Of a DNA stretch of 64,000 nt, positions 17,968 to 27,887 are shown one piece after another (positions within the stretch are counted from its first letter, which is position 1; each line of letters begins with the position of its first letter). Source of the DNA: Planctomycetota bacterium (GTDB lineage Bacteria > Planctomycetota > UBA11346); NCBI GenBank assembly GCA_014193115.1, contig BJHQ01000002.1, forward strand, positions 3,975 to 67,974, given 5' to 3'. A program made the translations under genes and the position numbers. Below the pieces are notes generated by a model that ran no database searches, was not told the DNA's origin, and worked only from the letters and a program-made list of their open reading frames with translations.

Positions 17968-20900
17968 GTGCTCAATCAGGCCATCGTCGATCAGGTCATG
18001 TCGATCGCCCAGCAGCGGCTGAACGGCGCGTTGTGGATCAACGGCCAGGGGTTCCGCGTCCGCTTCCTGTTCCAGGAGGGCACTCCGATCGCCCTCGACC
18101 TGGGTCGTGACAAGGAATCGCTTTTCGCAGACACGCTGCTCGAATATCACAAAATTTCCGCGGATTTGCACCGGATGCTGGGCGATGTCATCGCCGCCAA
18201 CCCCGGTTCGAGCCAGTCTTCGCCGGTACGCGAATTCCTTGAACAGCAGCAGGCCCTGGCCCCCGGAGAGTCGGAGCAGGCCCTTCAGGCGCTGGTCGAG
18301 GACAACCTGGTGCGGGCGCTGTCGGGCCAGGTGGTTGACATGACGTTCGTTGCTGATGAAGGGGTCGAGAGCTTCGATTTCGACCGGTCTGCGATTCTCA
18401 TCCGGATCGCTGCCGATCTGCTGGTCGCCACGGCCAGGGCCCGTGAGGAAGAAGACCAGGCGGTGCGGTTCGAGGTCGGCAGCTGGGAAGCCGTCTACGC
18501 CATCACTGAGACCGAAGGCGAATCGTCGCCGATCAGCGAAGCCGAGCGGCTGGTCCTGGACCAGGCTGATGGCCGCCGGTCGGTGGAGGAGATCGCCCAG
18601 GTGCTGCGCGACAGCAGCCTGCGGGTCGGACGCGCCGTGCGCCTGCTGGTCGCCAAGAAGATCCTCCGCCGGGTTGCCGGCCTGGGCAGCAAGACCCGCG
18701 CCGCTTTGGATGCGATGCGCCAAGAGGCCGCCCAACAAGCGGTGGCAGTCAAGGATGAAGCTGCTCAGGACAGGCGCGGCCCCAATCCGTGGGTGCTGAC
18801 GTTCCTGGTCGGCGTGCTCGCTCTGCTCGCCCTGGCCGGATGGCTGGTCGTTGAAGCGGGCAAGCGGCAGAGCGCCCTCGACGACCTGTCAGTGTCGGTC
18901 AGCCGGTCGATCGCCGCCCGGGAATTCAAACAGGCCTTCGATTTGGTTGGCGACGCCCGGACCAAGGCCGGCAATGACCTGATGGCGATCCAGCATGCGG
19001 ATTCCCTGCAAAAAATGGTCGAAGACTCGGTTTCTACCGAACTGAAATCGATTGACGTGCTACGCCAATCCAGCGATTTCAGCGAAGCTCAAGCCCGGTT
19101 GAAGACGGTCCCTCCGGACGCCCGGACCCAGGCCCTGCGCGAAGCGATCCTGGAGAGCGAAGAGGCTTTCCGTGCCCGATCTGCCACTTTGGAACGCCAG
19201 GTCCAGGAGGCTCTGCAAAAAGAGGACATCGCCGCAGCCCTGGCGGTCGTCGACGCCAATCCCGGACCTGAGGTCAGCAAGGCCGCAGACCACATCGACC
19301 GATGGCGCTTGAGCCTGCTTGAACAGGCCATGCCGCCGGGTGCGCCGCTGGCGAAACGGCAGTCTCTGCTCGCCAAAGTCCGCAAATCCCGGCCGTCCCA
19401 GGCCCAAGAGGAACGGCTCTCCAGCGTCGATGGCGACCTGCTCCGCCAACAAAGCCAGCTCACTGCCGACATCCGGAAGCTGCGCGCCCTCGCTGAAACC
19501 GGTGCTTGGAAGGCGGCCCTCGATGGCTGCGCCGACATCCAGGAGTCCATCGCCGGCTCGACCCTCGAAGTTGACCTGAAAAGCCTGCGGGATCGATGCG
19601 CCGCGATCCACGATGGCCTGACCGCCTATCTGGACGGGGTCGCCGCGACCATCCGCCAGGGCGGCATCAAGGAGCTGGGCGAGGCCAAGGCCAAAGCCGA
19701 GACCCTGGTCAAGGACTGGAGTGCAGCCCCGGAAAAAACCCAGGTCGATGCCGCCTTGGCAGCGCTGCGTGAAATTGAGACGGCCCTGGCCCGGGATACC
19801 ATGCTGACCCAGGCCCAATCTCTCGATGCCTGGATCCAGGCTGCGGGCGAGCAGCATCCGTTCATCGCAGCGGTGACCTTTCGTCGCGACCAGATTCGCC
19901 TGATCGAGACCACGACGCAGAGTGCCATTGAAGCCGCCCGCCGGTTGGCCAAGGAGGCCGAGTGGGAAGCCGCCCTCCAGTCCCTGGAATCTTTGGTCAG
20001 CCGCCCTGAAGTCCGGGTCACCGCCGCGTTGGCTGATGCGGAAAAGCTGCTCGCCGAGGTCCGCGGGACGGTCAAGGACCGCAAGGCGATGCATCTCGAT
20101 CTCGACGCCGCCCTGGCTGCCGGCGATATCGCCAAGGCGCGTGAGCTGGCGGTGAAGCTCAGCCTGAAATACCTGCCATTGCAGATCGAAAGCGTTCCGC
20201 CAGGCGCCCAGATCATCCAGGATGGCAAGCCCATCGGCCAGACCCCGCTGCTCCTGCGGATCAGCGCGGCGGACCGGTCTGAGGCCCATTTCGAGCTGCG
20301 CCTGGCCGGGTACCTGCCGCTCAAGCTGAAAGGCACCGAAGCCGAAGCAGGCTGGCGATTGGCCGGATCCCTGGCCAGGGCTCCGGTCGCCGAAGCGACG
20401 GCCGACTTCGCCTTGACCGCGCGCCCCGCAGCCGCGGACGACCGCATCTGGTTGGCCGGGCGCAGCGCCGTGCTGACCGTTGAGAGCAGCGGCGCTCTGC
20501 ACCGCATCTCGCTGGATGCCAGCGGCGGAGCCCTCGCCCAGCCGGTCTATGCGCCCGCAATCAGCACCGATCAGCGGGTCCTGCTGGCTACCCGGGATGG
20601 CGTCTGCCTGAGCGTGGTCAAAGGCATCGTCAGCCGCCTGCCGCAGTCCGGTCGCAGCGATCTTCCACCGGTGCTCTATCGCAGCCAGGTCGTCCTCGAC
20701 CGCGCCTTCCTGGTGGTCGCCGGCGATGATGGCCGCCTGCATGCGGTCAATCTGTCCCGGCCGGACGAGCAATGGCATAGCGAACCGGGGGCGCCATTCG
20801 CCTGCGCGCCAGTTCTGAAGGGTGAACACATCCTGGTCGCCCGCCGCGATGGGCAGCTGGAGTCGGTCCAGGCTGACGATGGGAAAAGCACTGGCCGGAC

Positions 20901-21309
20901 CTCGATCGGCAAACCGGTCAGCGCTGCCTGGGCCGAAGGCGGCGCTTTATCTGGTCATGCCGGCGCGACGCTGTGGTCGTGGTCCGGCGGCGAACTGTCG
21001 AGCGAAGACGCACCTGCTGAGGCGGCATTCGCTTCCAAGAACTGCCTGGTCACGCCTACCGGCCGGGTATGGCAGAGGTCGTCCGGTGTGTGGAAGGATC
21101 TCGGCCGGGTCGAAGGGAAACCCTCCGGGCCGCCGCTGGTCTGGCAGCAAGCCGGCGTCGTCGTTCCTGCTGGGAAATTGATGGCTGTCTTGGGCGCCAA
21201 ACCCTTCACCGTGGCCAGTGACAGCGAGTTCCTTCCACCGGTAGCCGTTCCCGGCGGCCGCCTGCTGGTGGCCACGGTCGGCGGTAAGATCCTGCTCTAC
21301 GAGCCGTGA
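17968..21309 (+). CDS. 1113-aa multidomain protein: DUF4388-like N-domain, wHTH-like motif, one TM, long coiled coil, PEGA domain, PQQ-like beta-propeller
   Basis: The start is GTG. Elements seen in order: LNGALWINGQGFRVRFLFQEGTPIAL (DUF4388-like), LDQADGRRSVEEIAQVL, the TM helix WVLTFLVGVLALLALAGWLVV, a roughly 400-aa Ala/Glu/Leu-rich helix, IESVPPGAQIIQDGKPIGQTPLLL (PEGA), and a repeated DGRLHAV / RDGQLESV propeller-like C-terminus. Confidence 0.75.
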   Translation: MLNQAIVDQVMSIAQQRLNGALWINGQGFRVRFLFQEGTPIALDLGRDKESLFADTLLEYHKISADLHRMLGDVIAANPGSSQSSPVREFLEQQQALAPGESEQALQALVEDNLVRALSGQVVDMTFVADEGVESFDFDRSAILIRIAADLLVATARAREEEDQAVRFEVGSWEAVYAITETEGESSPISEAERLVLDQADGRRSVEEIAQVLRDSSLRVGRAVRLLVAKKILRRVAGLGSKTRAALDAMRQEAAQQAVAVKDEAAQDRRGPNPWVLTFLVGVLALLALAGWLVVEAGKRQSALDDLSVSVSRSIAAREFKQAFDLVGDARTKAGNDLMAIQHADSLQKMVEDSVSTELKSIDVLRQSSDFSEAQARLKTVPPDARTQALREAILESEEAFRARSATLERQVQEALQKEDIAAALAVVDANPGPEVSKAADHIDRWRLSLLEQAMPPGAPLAKRQSLLAKVRKSRPSQAQEERLSSVDGDLLRQQSQLTADIRKLRALAETGAWKAALDGCADIQESIAGSTLEVDLKSLRDRCAAIHDGLTAYLDGVAATIRQGGIKELGEAKAKAETLVKDWSAAPEKTQVDAALAALREIETALARDTMLTQAQSLDAWIQAAGEQHPFIAAVTFRRDQIRLIETTTQSAIEAARRLAKEAEWEAALQSLESLVSRPEVRVTAALADAEKLLAEVRGTVKDRKAMHLDLDAALAAGDIAKARELAVKLSLKYLPLQIESVPPGAQIIQDGKPIGQTPLLLRISAADRSEAHFELRLAGYLPLKLKGTEAEAGWRLAGSLARAPVAEATADFALTARPAAADDRIWLAGRSAVLTVESSGALHRISLDASGGALAQPVYAPAISTDQRVLLATRDGVCLSVVKGIVSRLPQSGRSDLPPVLYRSQVVLDRAFLVVAGDDGRLHAVNLSRPDEQWHSEPGAPFACAPVLKGEHILVARRDGQLESVQADDGKSTGRTSIGKPVSAAWAEGGALSGHAGATLWSWSGGELSSEDAPAEAAFASKNCLVTPTGRVWQRSSGVWKDLGRVEGKPSGPPLVWQQAGVVVPAGKLMAVLGAKPFTVASDSEFLPPVAVPGGRLLVATVGGKILLYEP

Positions 21310-21357
21310 ACGTCGAACCCGTCATTCCACAGATCAACCCAGTCCAAGGAAAAATCC

Positions 21358-21555
21358 ATGTCCCGCATCGTCACCTTCGAAGCCACCCAACCCACGCCAG
21401 TCACCGTTGGCACTGAGACCAAGTGGATCTGCGCCTGCGGCCTGTCGAAGAACAAGCCATTTTGCGACGGCACCCACAAGGCCTGCAAAACTGAGGAATC
21501 AGGCAAAGTGTATCGCTACAACCTGGATGGAACGCGGACTGAAGTGACCGCGTAA
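21358..21555 (+). CDS. CDGSH-type iron-sulfur domain protein (65 aa)
   Basis: The signature CACGLSKNKPFCDGTH is present. Confidence 0.85.
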   Translation: MSRIVTFEATQPTPVTVGTETKWICACGLSKNKPFCDGTHKACKTEESGKVYRYNLDGTRTEVTA

Positions 21556-21562
21556 ACCCGCC

Positions 21563-21588
21563 CTGGGAGCGCCGAGCGCCAGCTCGGC
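21563..21588 (+). repeat. REP-like palindromic unit CTGGGAGCGCCGAGCGCCAGCTCGGC
   Basis: The same 26-mer occurs at 37246, 37276 and (inverted) 37397. It contains the hairpin GCCGAGC-GCCA-GCTCGGC and starts 8 nt after the CDGSH stop. Confidence 0.8.
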
Positions 21589-21664
21589 ACGGGAAGAGCG
21601 ACTGAATTGACTGCAAAAATGCAGGCTGGAACACTGCTCAAGCCTTGCTGATGACCCAAAAAGT

Positions 21665-21687
21665 GCCGAGCTGGCGCTCGGAGATCC
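21665..21687 (-). repeat. REP-like unit, inverted and partly degenerate copy
   Basis: GCCGAGCTGGCGCTCGG is an exact match to the repeat core. The flank AGATCC matches CGCTCC at 4 of 6 positions. It ends 7 nt before the gltD stop. Confidence 0.65.
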
Positions 21688-21693
21688 AGCAGT

Positions 21694-23175
21694 TCAGTAC
21701 GCGAATGCCTCGATCCGCACCGCCGGAAGCAGGCTCGGGCGCTGCATCAGCCATTCGTCGACGCAGCGGGCGACCTCGCGGCCTTCGCTGATCGCCCAGA
21801 CGATCAGCGATTGGCCGCGGCGGGCGTCACCGGCGGCGAACACGCCGGGCACGGTGCTCATCCGGGTCTTTGCGTCGGTGGCGATGTTGCCGCGTTGGTC
21901 GAGCTGACAGCCGACTTGTTCCAGCAAACCGTTTTTCTTCGGACCCAGGAAGCCCATGGCGAGCAGCGCCAGATCGCAGCGCCAGGTGCGTTCGCTGCCG
22001 GGGACTTCAACTGGTTTGCCGGTTTTCCAGTCGAGCTGGATCGTGGTCAGGCTGGTGACTTTTCCGTTTTCGCCGGTGAACGACTTGGTCGCCAGGCTGA
22101 AGGCGACCTCGCCGCCGCGCTCGGTCATTTCTTCGACCGAGGAGCTGATCCGACGTATCCGCGCCCACTGCGGCCAGGGATTGTTTGCGGGCCGGTCGCC
22201 GGGAGGTTCCGGCAGCAGCTCGAAATTGGTGACGCTGGCAGCGCCTTGGCGCAAGCTGGTGCCGATGCAGTCGCTGCCGGTATCGCCGCCGCCGATGACA
22301 ATGACGTGCTTGCCTTCGGCCCAGATCCGCTGTTTTTTCGGATGCAGTGCGGCGATGTCGGTGTCACCCCAGTTGCTGCGGTTCGATTGGGGCAGGAACT
22401 CCATGGCGAAATGCACCCCGTCGAGGTCGCGTCCCGGCACCGGCAGGTCGCGGGGCGCCTCGGCACCAGTGGAGATCACCACGGCATCGAACTGGCTCTT
22501 CACCTGATCCCAGGGCAGATCGCCGCCGACGGTGACGCCGGTGCGCAGTTCGATGCCTTCGGCGGTGAGCAGGTCGATGCGGCGTTGCACTTTTTCCTTG
22601 CGCAATTTGTAGTGCGGGATGCCGTACATCAGCAGGCCCCCAGCCCGGTCATTCTTCTCGAACACCGTGACCTGGTGGCCGGCGCGGTTGAGCTGCTGGG
22701 CAGAGGCCAGCCCGGCTGGACCGCCACCGATCACCGCCACCCGCTTGCCGGTGCGCACCGGTGGAGCCTCGGGTCGGATCCAGCCCTGGGCGAAGCCGTG
22801 GTCGACGATCGAGACTTCGTGCAGCTTGATCGTGACCGGCGGCTCATTGATGCCGAGCACGCAGCTGTTCTCACAAGGCGCCGGGCAGACCCGGCCGGTG
22901 AATTCGGGAAAATTGTTGGTGGCGTGCAGCGCTGCCAACGCTTCGCGCCATTTTCCGCGGAAGACCAGGTCGTTCCAATCCGGGATCAGGTTGCCGAGGG
23001 GACACCCTGACATGCAGAAGGGCACGCCGCAGTCCATGCACCGGCTCGCCTGGGTTTTGACCTGAGCCTCGGGAAGCACTTCGATGTGCTCCTCGTGGTT
23101 GGCGAGACGCGCCTCCACCGGCAGGTAGTGCGGCGCCTGCCGGGTGTGGTTCATGAAACCTTTGGGATCGCCCAT
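21694..23175 (-). CDS. gltD: Glutamate synthase (NADPH) small subunit
   Basis: [27 protein letters not shown] and GGGDTGSDC are present. The gene is downstream of gltB on the same strand. Confidence 0.95.
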   Translation of the reverse strand: MGDPKGFMNHTRQAPHYLPVEARLANHEEHIEVLPEAQVKTQASRCMDCGVPFCMSGCPLGNLIPDWNDLVFRGKWREALAALHATNNFPEFTGRVCPAPCENSCVLGINEPPVTIKLHEVSIVDHGFAQGWIRPEAPPVRTGKRVAVIGGGPAGLASAQQLNRAGHQVTVFEKNDRAGGLLMYGIPHYKLRKEKVQRRIDLLTAEGIELRTGVTVGGDLPWDQVKSQFDAVVISTGAEAPRDLPVPGRDLDGVHFAMEFLPQSNRSNWGDTDIAALHPKKQRIWAEGKHVIVIGGGDTGSDCIGTSLRQGAASVTNFELLPEPPGDRPANNPWPQWARIRRISSSVEEMTERGGEVAFSLATKSFTGENGKVTSLTTIQLDWKTGKPVEVPGSERTWRCDLALLAMGFLGPKKNGLLEQVGCQLDQRGNIATDAKTRMSTVPGVFAAGDARRGQSLIVWAISEGREVARCVDEWLMQRPSLLPAVRIEAFAY

Positions 23176-23217
23176 GGAAGAATCGCTTTCAGATGATCGG
23201 TGAGATGGGTGCCGGGA

Positions 23218-26200
23218 TCACGCCTTGGCCGGTTCGCGGCGCTCGATCCGCTTGGTGGTCTGGGCGGCGGAGCGCTCAGCCAGGACCCGGCGGTATTCGT
23301 GCGGGAAGATCTTCACGAAGCGTTTGAGCGTCGCCTTCCAGTCGCGGAGCAGTTTCGCCGCCTTGGCCGAACCGGTCAGCTCGGCGTGTTGCTCGACCAG
23401 CCGGCGGAGCTCATCGACGCCCTCGGTGGTCGGCGTCACTTGTTCAAGATCGACCATGCCAGTGTTGCAGCGGCTGGCGAAGCGGCGGTCTTCGTCGAGG
23501 ACGAAGGCGAATCCGCCGGACATGCCGGCGGCGAAGTTCCGTCCGGTCCTGCCGAGGACCACGACCAAGCCGCCGGTCATGTATTCGCAGCCATGGTCGC
23601 CGACGCCTTCGATGACTGCCTTCACTCCGCTGTTGCGCACGCCGAAGCGTTCGCCGGCGCAGCCGCCGATGAAGATCTCGCCGTTGGTGGCGCCATACAG
23701 ACAGGTGTTGCCGACCAGGGAGTTTTCGTCCCAGGCATAGGTGATCCCGGTCGGTGGGCGAATGACGATGCGCCCGCCGGCCATGCCTTTGCCGACATAA
23801 TCGTTGGCGTCGCCTTCGAGGCGCACGTCCAGGCCGGGCGCCAGGAAGGCACCGAAGCTCTGACCAGCGGTGCCGGTGAAGGCGATGCGGATCGTGCCGG
23901 CGGGCAGGCCTTCGCGACCATGGAGCTTGGCGATGCGACCAGAAAGCATCGCCAGGGCGGTGCGGTCGCTGTTGCGGATGGTCTGGGGGAAGCTGACCGG
24001 CTCCCGGCGCTCCAGGGCCGGGGCAGATTTTTCGATCAAGGTCCGGTCGAGGATCTTCTCCAGCCCATGGTTCTGCGGCAGGCAGCACCGGGTGCCGACA
24101 TTCGGCGCCACCTGGGGCTTGTGCAGCAGCTTGGAATAATCCAGGCCTTTCGCCTTCCAGTGGGCGATGGCGTGGTCCATGGTGAGCAGCTCGGTGCGAC
24201 CGATCAGCTCATCGATGGAACGCACGCCGAGGGCGGCCAGGTGCTCGCGAACCTCTTCGGCGACATAGGTGAAGAAGTTGATGACGTGTTCGGGCTTGCC
24301 GTTGAACTTCTTGCGCAGGGTCTCGTTTTGCGTCGCGACGCCCACCGGGCAGGTGTCGAGATGGCACTTGCGCATCATGATGCAGCCGACGGTGAGCAGC
24401 GCGACGGTGGCGAAGCCGAATTCCTCGGCGCCGAGGATCGCTGCGATCACGACGTCGCGGCCGGTGCGCAGCAGGCCATCGGTCTGGACCCGGATGCGCG
24501 AGCGCAGGTCGTTGAGCACCAGGGTCTGGTGGGTCTCGGCGACGCCCAATTCCCACGGAATGCCGGCGTGCTTGATCGAGCTGATCGGACTGGCACCGGT
24601 GCCGCCTTCGCAGCCGCTGATCGTCACCAGGTCGGCGTGGGCCTTGGCGACACCGGCGGCGACCGTTCCGACGCCGACTTCGGAAACCAGCTTCACCGAG
24701 ACGTTCGCGTCCGGATTGGCGTTCTTCAGGTCGAAGATGAGCTGGGCGAGATCCTCGATGGAATAGATGTCGTGGTGGGGCGGCGGGCTGATCAGGGTCA
24801 CGCCGGGCACGCTGTGGCGCAGCCAGGCGATGTACTCGGTGACCTTGTGTCCGGGCAGCTGACCGCCCTCGCCGGGCTTGGCGCCCTGGGCCATCTTGAT
24901 CTGCAATTCGTCGGCGTTCACCAGGTAATGTGGGGTGACGCCGAAGCGGCCGCTGGCGACCTGCTTGATCTTCGATCGGCGCCAATCGCCATTGGCCTCA
25001 GGCGCGAAGCGGCGGTAGTCCTCGCCGCCTTCGCCGGTATTCGACCGGCCGCCGAGCCGGTTCATGGCGATGGCCAGAGTCTCGTGGGCCTCAGGGCTGA
25101 TCGAGCCAAGCGACATCGCGCCGGTGCAGAACCGCTTGAAGATCGCCTCGACCGGCTCGACCTGATCGAGCGGGATGGGTGCGCCGGGCACGAACTTGAA
25201 CAGGCCGCGCAGGGTGCAGAGCTGGCGCGACTGGTCGTCGACCAGCTTGGTGTATCGGCGGAAGGTCGAGCGGTCGCCGGCCCGCACGCTGTGCTGGAGC
25301 AGCGCGATGACCTCCGGATGCTGGAGATGATGCTCGCCATCGCGGCGCCAGTGATAATACCCGCCGCGATCGAGATCGCGGTTGCGGTCGATCAGCGGAG
25401 CGAAGGCCACCCGGTGGCGCATCAGGGTTTCTTCGGCGATTTCCGCGGCGCCGACGCCTTCGATGCGCGACGGCGTGCCGGTGAAGTATTTCTTCACGAA
25501 GGCGCTCGACAGGCCGATGGCCTCGAAGATCTGGGCGCTGCAATAGCTTTGCAGGGTCGAAATGCCCATCTTGCTGAAGATCTTCAGCAGACCCTTGCCG
25601 ACCGCCTTCTTGAAATGTTTGGTGTAATAATAGACCTCGTCATGTTCCTCGTCAGCGTGGCGGTTGCCATCGAGCTTGGGCAGGATCTGCTGATCGACCA
25701 GGTCGTGGATCGAATCGAAGGCCAGATAGGGATTGATCGCGGTGGCGCCAAATCCGACCAGCAGGGCGAATTGATGGACCTCGCGGGGTTCGCCAGATTC
25801 GAGGACCAGGCTGCATTGGCTGCGCTTGCCGACGCGGATCAGGTGGTGGTGGACCGCCGAGACTCCGAGCAGGGCCGGGATCGGGGCATTGCCGGCATCC
25901 ACCCCTCGATCGGACAGGACCAGAACGGTATAGCCGTCATCGACCGCCTTGGCGGCTTCGGCGAACAACGCCTCCAAGCGTTTTTCCAGCGCACCAGCGC
26001 CTTGGTCTGCCGGCCACAGCAAACTAAGGGTGGTGCCGCGGAATCCGGGCACGTCGGCCTGACGGAGCTGCTCAAGCTCGTGGTTGCTCAGGATCGGCTG
26101 GGGCAGTTCGAGCATCCGGCAATGCTCGGGGCCAGGCTCCAGGATGTTGCGTGCCGGCCCGACGTATTGGGTCAGGCTCATGACAATTTCTTCGCGGATC

Positions 26201-27807
26201 GGATCGATCGGCGGATTCGTCACCTGGGCGAACAACTGCTTGAAATAGTTGTAGAGCGGCTTGCTCTTCCCGCTCAGCACCGCCACCGGCGTGTCGTCGC
26301 CCATCGACCCGACCGGCTCCTGACCGTCGACGCACATCGGTGCGAGCACGATCTTGAGATCCTCGACGGTATAGCCGAAGGCCTGCTGCTGCTGTCGGAT
26401 CGCCTCGTGGCGCGGTACCGGCGGCTGGACCGGAGCGGGCAGCTGGTCGAGGGTGATCTTGTGCTCGTCGATCCAATCGGCGTAGCTGTGGGCCTTGGCC
26501 AGATCGCGTTTGATCGCCTCGTCTTCGAGGAGCACGCCGCGGGTGGTGTCGACCAGCAGCATCGACCCGGGAGCCAAGCGGGATTTGCGGGAGATCTTAT
26601 CAGCCGGATAGTCCTGGGTGCCCATTTCGCTGGCGTACAGGATTTCACCATCCGTGGTGGTCAGCCACCGCGCCGGGCGCAATCCATTGCGGTCGAGCGC
26701 AGCGCAGATCCGCTCTCCATCGCAAGCCACCATGTTCGCCGGGCCGTCCCACGATTCCATCATCGTGGCATGGTATTCATAGAAGCCCTTGAGCGCCCGC
26801 GGCATGGCCTGCTTGGCTGCTCCGGCGGTTTTGTCCTCCCACGCCACGGGGATCATCATCGCCATCGCGTGGGGCAGGCTGCGGCCGGTGCGCAGCAGCA
26901 ATTCCAGGGCGTTGTCGAAGCAGGCGGTATCGCTGCCCCCTTCGATGATCACGGGTTTGAGATCCTGGACCGCTTCGCCCAGGTCGCGCTGGGCGAACAG
27001 GGCCTCACGGGCCTTCATCCGGTTCACATTGCCGCGCAGGGTGTTGATCTCGCCGTTGTGGCAGACCAGGCGGAACGGATGGGCCAGCGCCCACGTTGGG
27101 AAAGTGTTGGTGGAATAGCGCTGGTGGACCACGGCCAGGGCGGACACCGCCCGCACGTCGGACAGTTCCGGGAAATACTGGCCGAGGGCATGGGCCAAGA
27201 ACATGCCCTTGTAGACCACGGTTTTCGCCGAGAGCGAACAGAGGTAGAACATCTCTTTGCCGGCCAGGGAGCCGCCGCGGATCGCGTTCTCGGCCCGCTT
27301 GCGGGCCAGGAACAGATTGAGCTCGAACCGGTGGCTGTCGCTGGCGCCGCGGCCGACGAACACCTGCATGACCTTGGGCTCGGTGGCCTTGGCCGCCCGG
27401 CCCAGGCAGCGGTTGTCGGTGGGCACGTCGCGCCAGCCGATCAACTTCAAACGATAATGGCTGGCCGCCTCTGCAACCGCCGCGAGGCAGTTGGCCCGCG
27501 CCGCCGCATCGGTGGGAACGAAGGCGATGCCGGTACCGTAATCACCCGAAGCCGGCAGCTCGAAGCCGCTGATGGCGCGATACAGCGCGTCAGGGACTTG
27601 CAGCAGGATGCCAGCGCCGTCGCCGTCGAGGGGATCGGCGCCAACCGCGCCACGATGATGCAGGTTGCACAGGATCTGCACCGCCCGCTTGATGATGCTG
27701 TGGCTTTTGGCGCCGGTGATGTTGGCGAGGAAGCCGACGCCGCAGGCATCGTGCTCATGTTCGCCGTCGTAGAGACCCTGGGAGGGAGGGAGGCCGTGCG
27801 TGGTCAT
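23218..27807 (-). CDS. gltB: Glutamate synthase large subunit
   Basis: This 1529-aa protein has the N-terminal Ntn amidotransferase Cys (HDACGVGFLANI), an FMN/3Fe-4S central region, and the C-terminal GXGXG beta-helix (GDANDYVGKGMAGGRIVI). Confidence 0.97.
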   Translation of the reverse strand: MTTHGLPPSQGLYDGEHEHDACGVGFLANITGAKSHSIIKRAVQILCNLHHRGAVGADPLDGDGAGILLQVPDALYRAISGFELPASGDYGTGIAFVPTDAAARANCLAAVAEAASHYRLKLIGWRDVPTDNRCLGRAAKATEPKVMQVFVGRGASDSHRFELNLFLARKRAENAIRGGSLAGKEMFYLCSLSAKTVVYKGMFLAHALGQYFPELSDVRAVSALAVVHQRYSTNTFPTWALAHPFRLVCHNGEINTLRGNVNRMKAREALFAQRDLGEAVQDLKPVIIEGGSDTACFDNALELLLRTGRSLPHAMAMMIPVAWEDKTAGAAKQAMPRALKGFYEYHATMMESWDGPANMVACDGERICAALDRNGLRPARWLTTTDGEILYASEMGTQDYPADKISRKSRLAPGSMLLVDTTRGVLLEDEAIKRDLAKAHSYADWIDEHKITLDQLPAPVQPPVPRHEAIRQQQQAFGYTVEDLKIVLAPMCVDGQEPVGSMGDDTPVAVLSGKSKPLYNYFKQLFAQVTNPPIDPIREEIVMSLTQYVGPARNILEPGPEHCRMLELPQPILSNHELEQLRQADVPGFRGTTLSLLWPADQGAGALEKRLEALFAEAAKAVDDGYTVLVLSDRGVDAGNAPIPALLGVSAVHHHLIRVGKRSQCSLVLESGEPREVHQFALLVGFGATAINPYLAFDSIHDLVDQQILPKLDGNRHADEEHDEVYYYTKHFKKAVGKGLLKIFSKMGISTLQSYCSAQIFEAIGLSSAFVKKYFTGTPSRIEGVGAAEIAEETLMRHRVAFAPLIDRNRDLDRGGYYHWRRDGEHHLQHPEVIALLQHSVRAGDRSTFRRYTKLVDDQSRQLCTLRGLFKFVPGAPIPLDQVEPVEAIFKRFCTGAMSLGSISPEAHETLAIAMNRLGGRSNTGEGGEDYRRFAPEANGDWRRSKIKQVASGRFGVTPHYLVNADELQIKMAQGAKPGEGGQLPGHKVTEYIAWLRHSVPGVTLISPPPHHDIYSIEDLAQLIFDLKNANPDANVSVKLVSEVGVGTVAAGVAKAHADLVTISGCEGGTGASPISSIKHAGIPWELGVAETHQTLVLNDLRSRIRVQTDGLLRTGRDVVIAAILGAEEFGFATVALLTVGCIMMRKCHLDTCPVGVATQNETLRKKFNGKPEHVINFFTYVAEEVREHLAALGVRSIDELIGRTELLTMDHAIAHWKAKGLDYSKLLHKPQVAPNVGTRCCLPQNHGLEKILDRTLIEKSAPALERREPVSFPQTIRNSDRTALAMLSGRIAKLHGREGLPAGTIRIAFTGTAGQSFGAFLAPGLDVRLEGDANDYVGKGMAGGRIVIRPPTGITYAWDENSLVGNTCLYGATNGEIFIGGCAGERFGVRNSGVKAVIEGVGDHGCEYMTGGLVVVLGRTGRNFAAGMSGGFAFVLDEDRRFASRCNTGMVDLEQVTPTTEGVDELRRLVEQHAELTGSAKAAKLLRDWKATLKRFVKIFPHEYRRVLAERSAAQTTKRIERREPAKA

Positions 27808-27887
27808 GGGAAAAACCCGGATTCAGATCGTGGAGTTACGGCGGAGCGGGAGGCTACGGAGGCGTGCAAGAAATCTATTGGCCGGGA

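Noticed and set aside
19060-20829. A 589-aa ORF lies on the minus strand inside the 1113-aa gene.
   Set aside because: It is antisense to a frame that has coherent domain structure (PEGA, coiled coil) and a better third-position G/C bias. Its translation is repetitive Gly/Arg/Leu/Asp.
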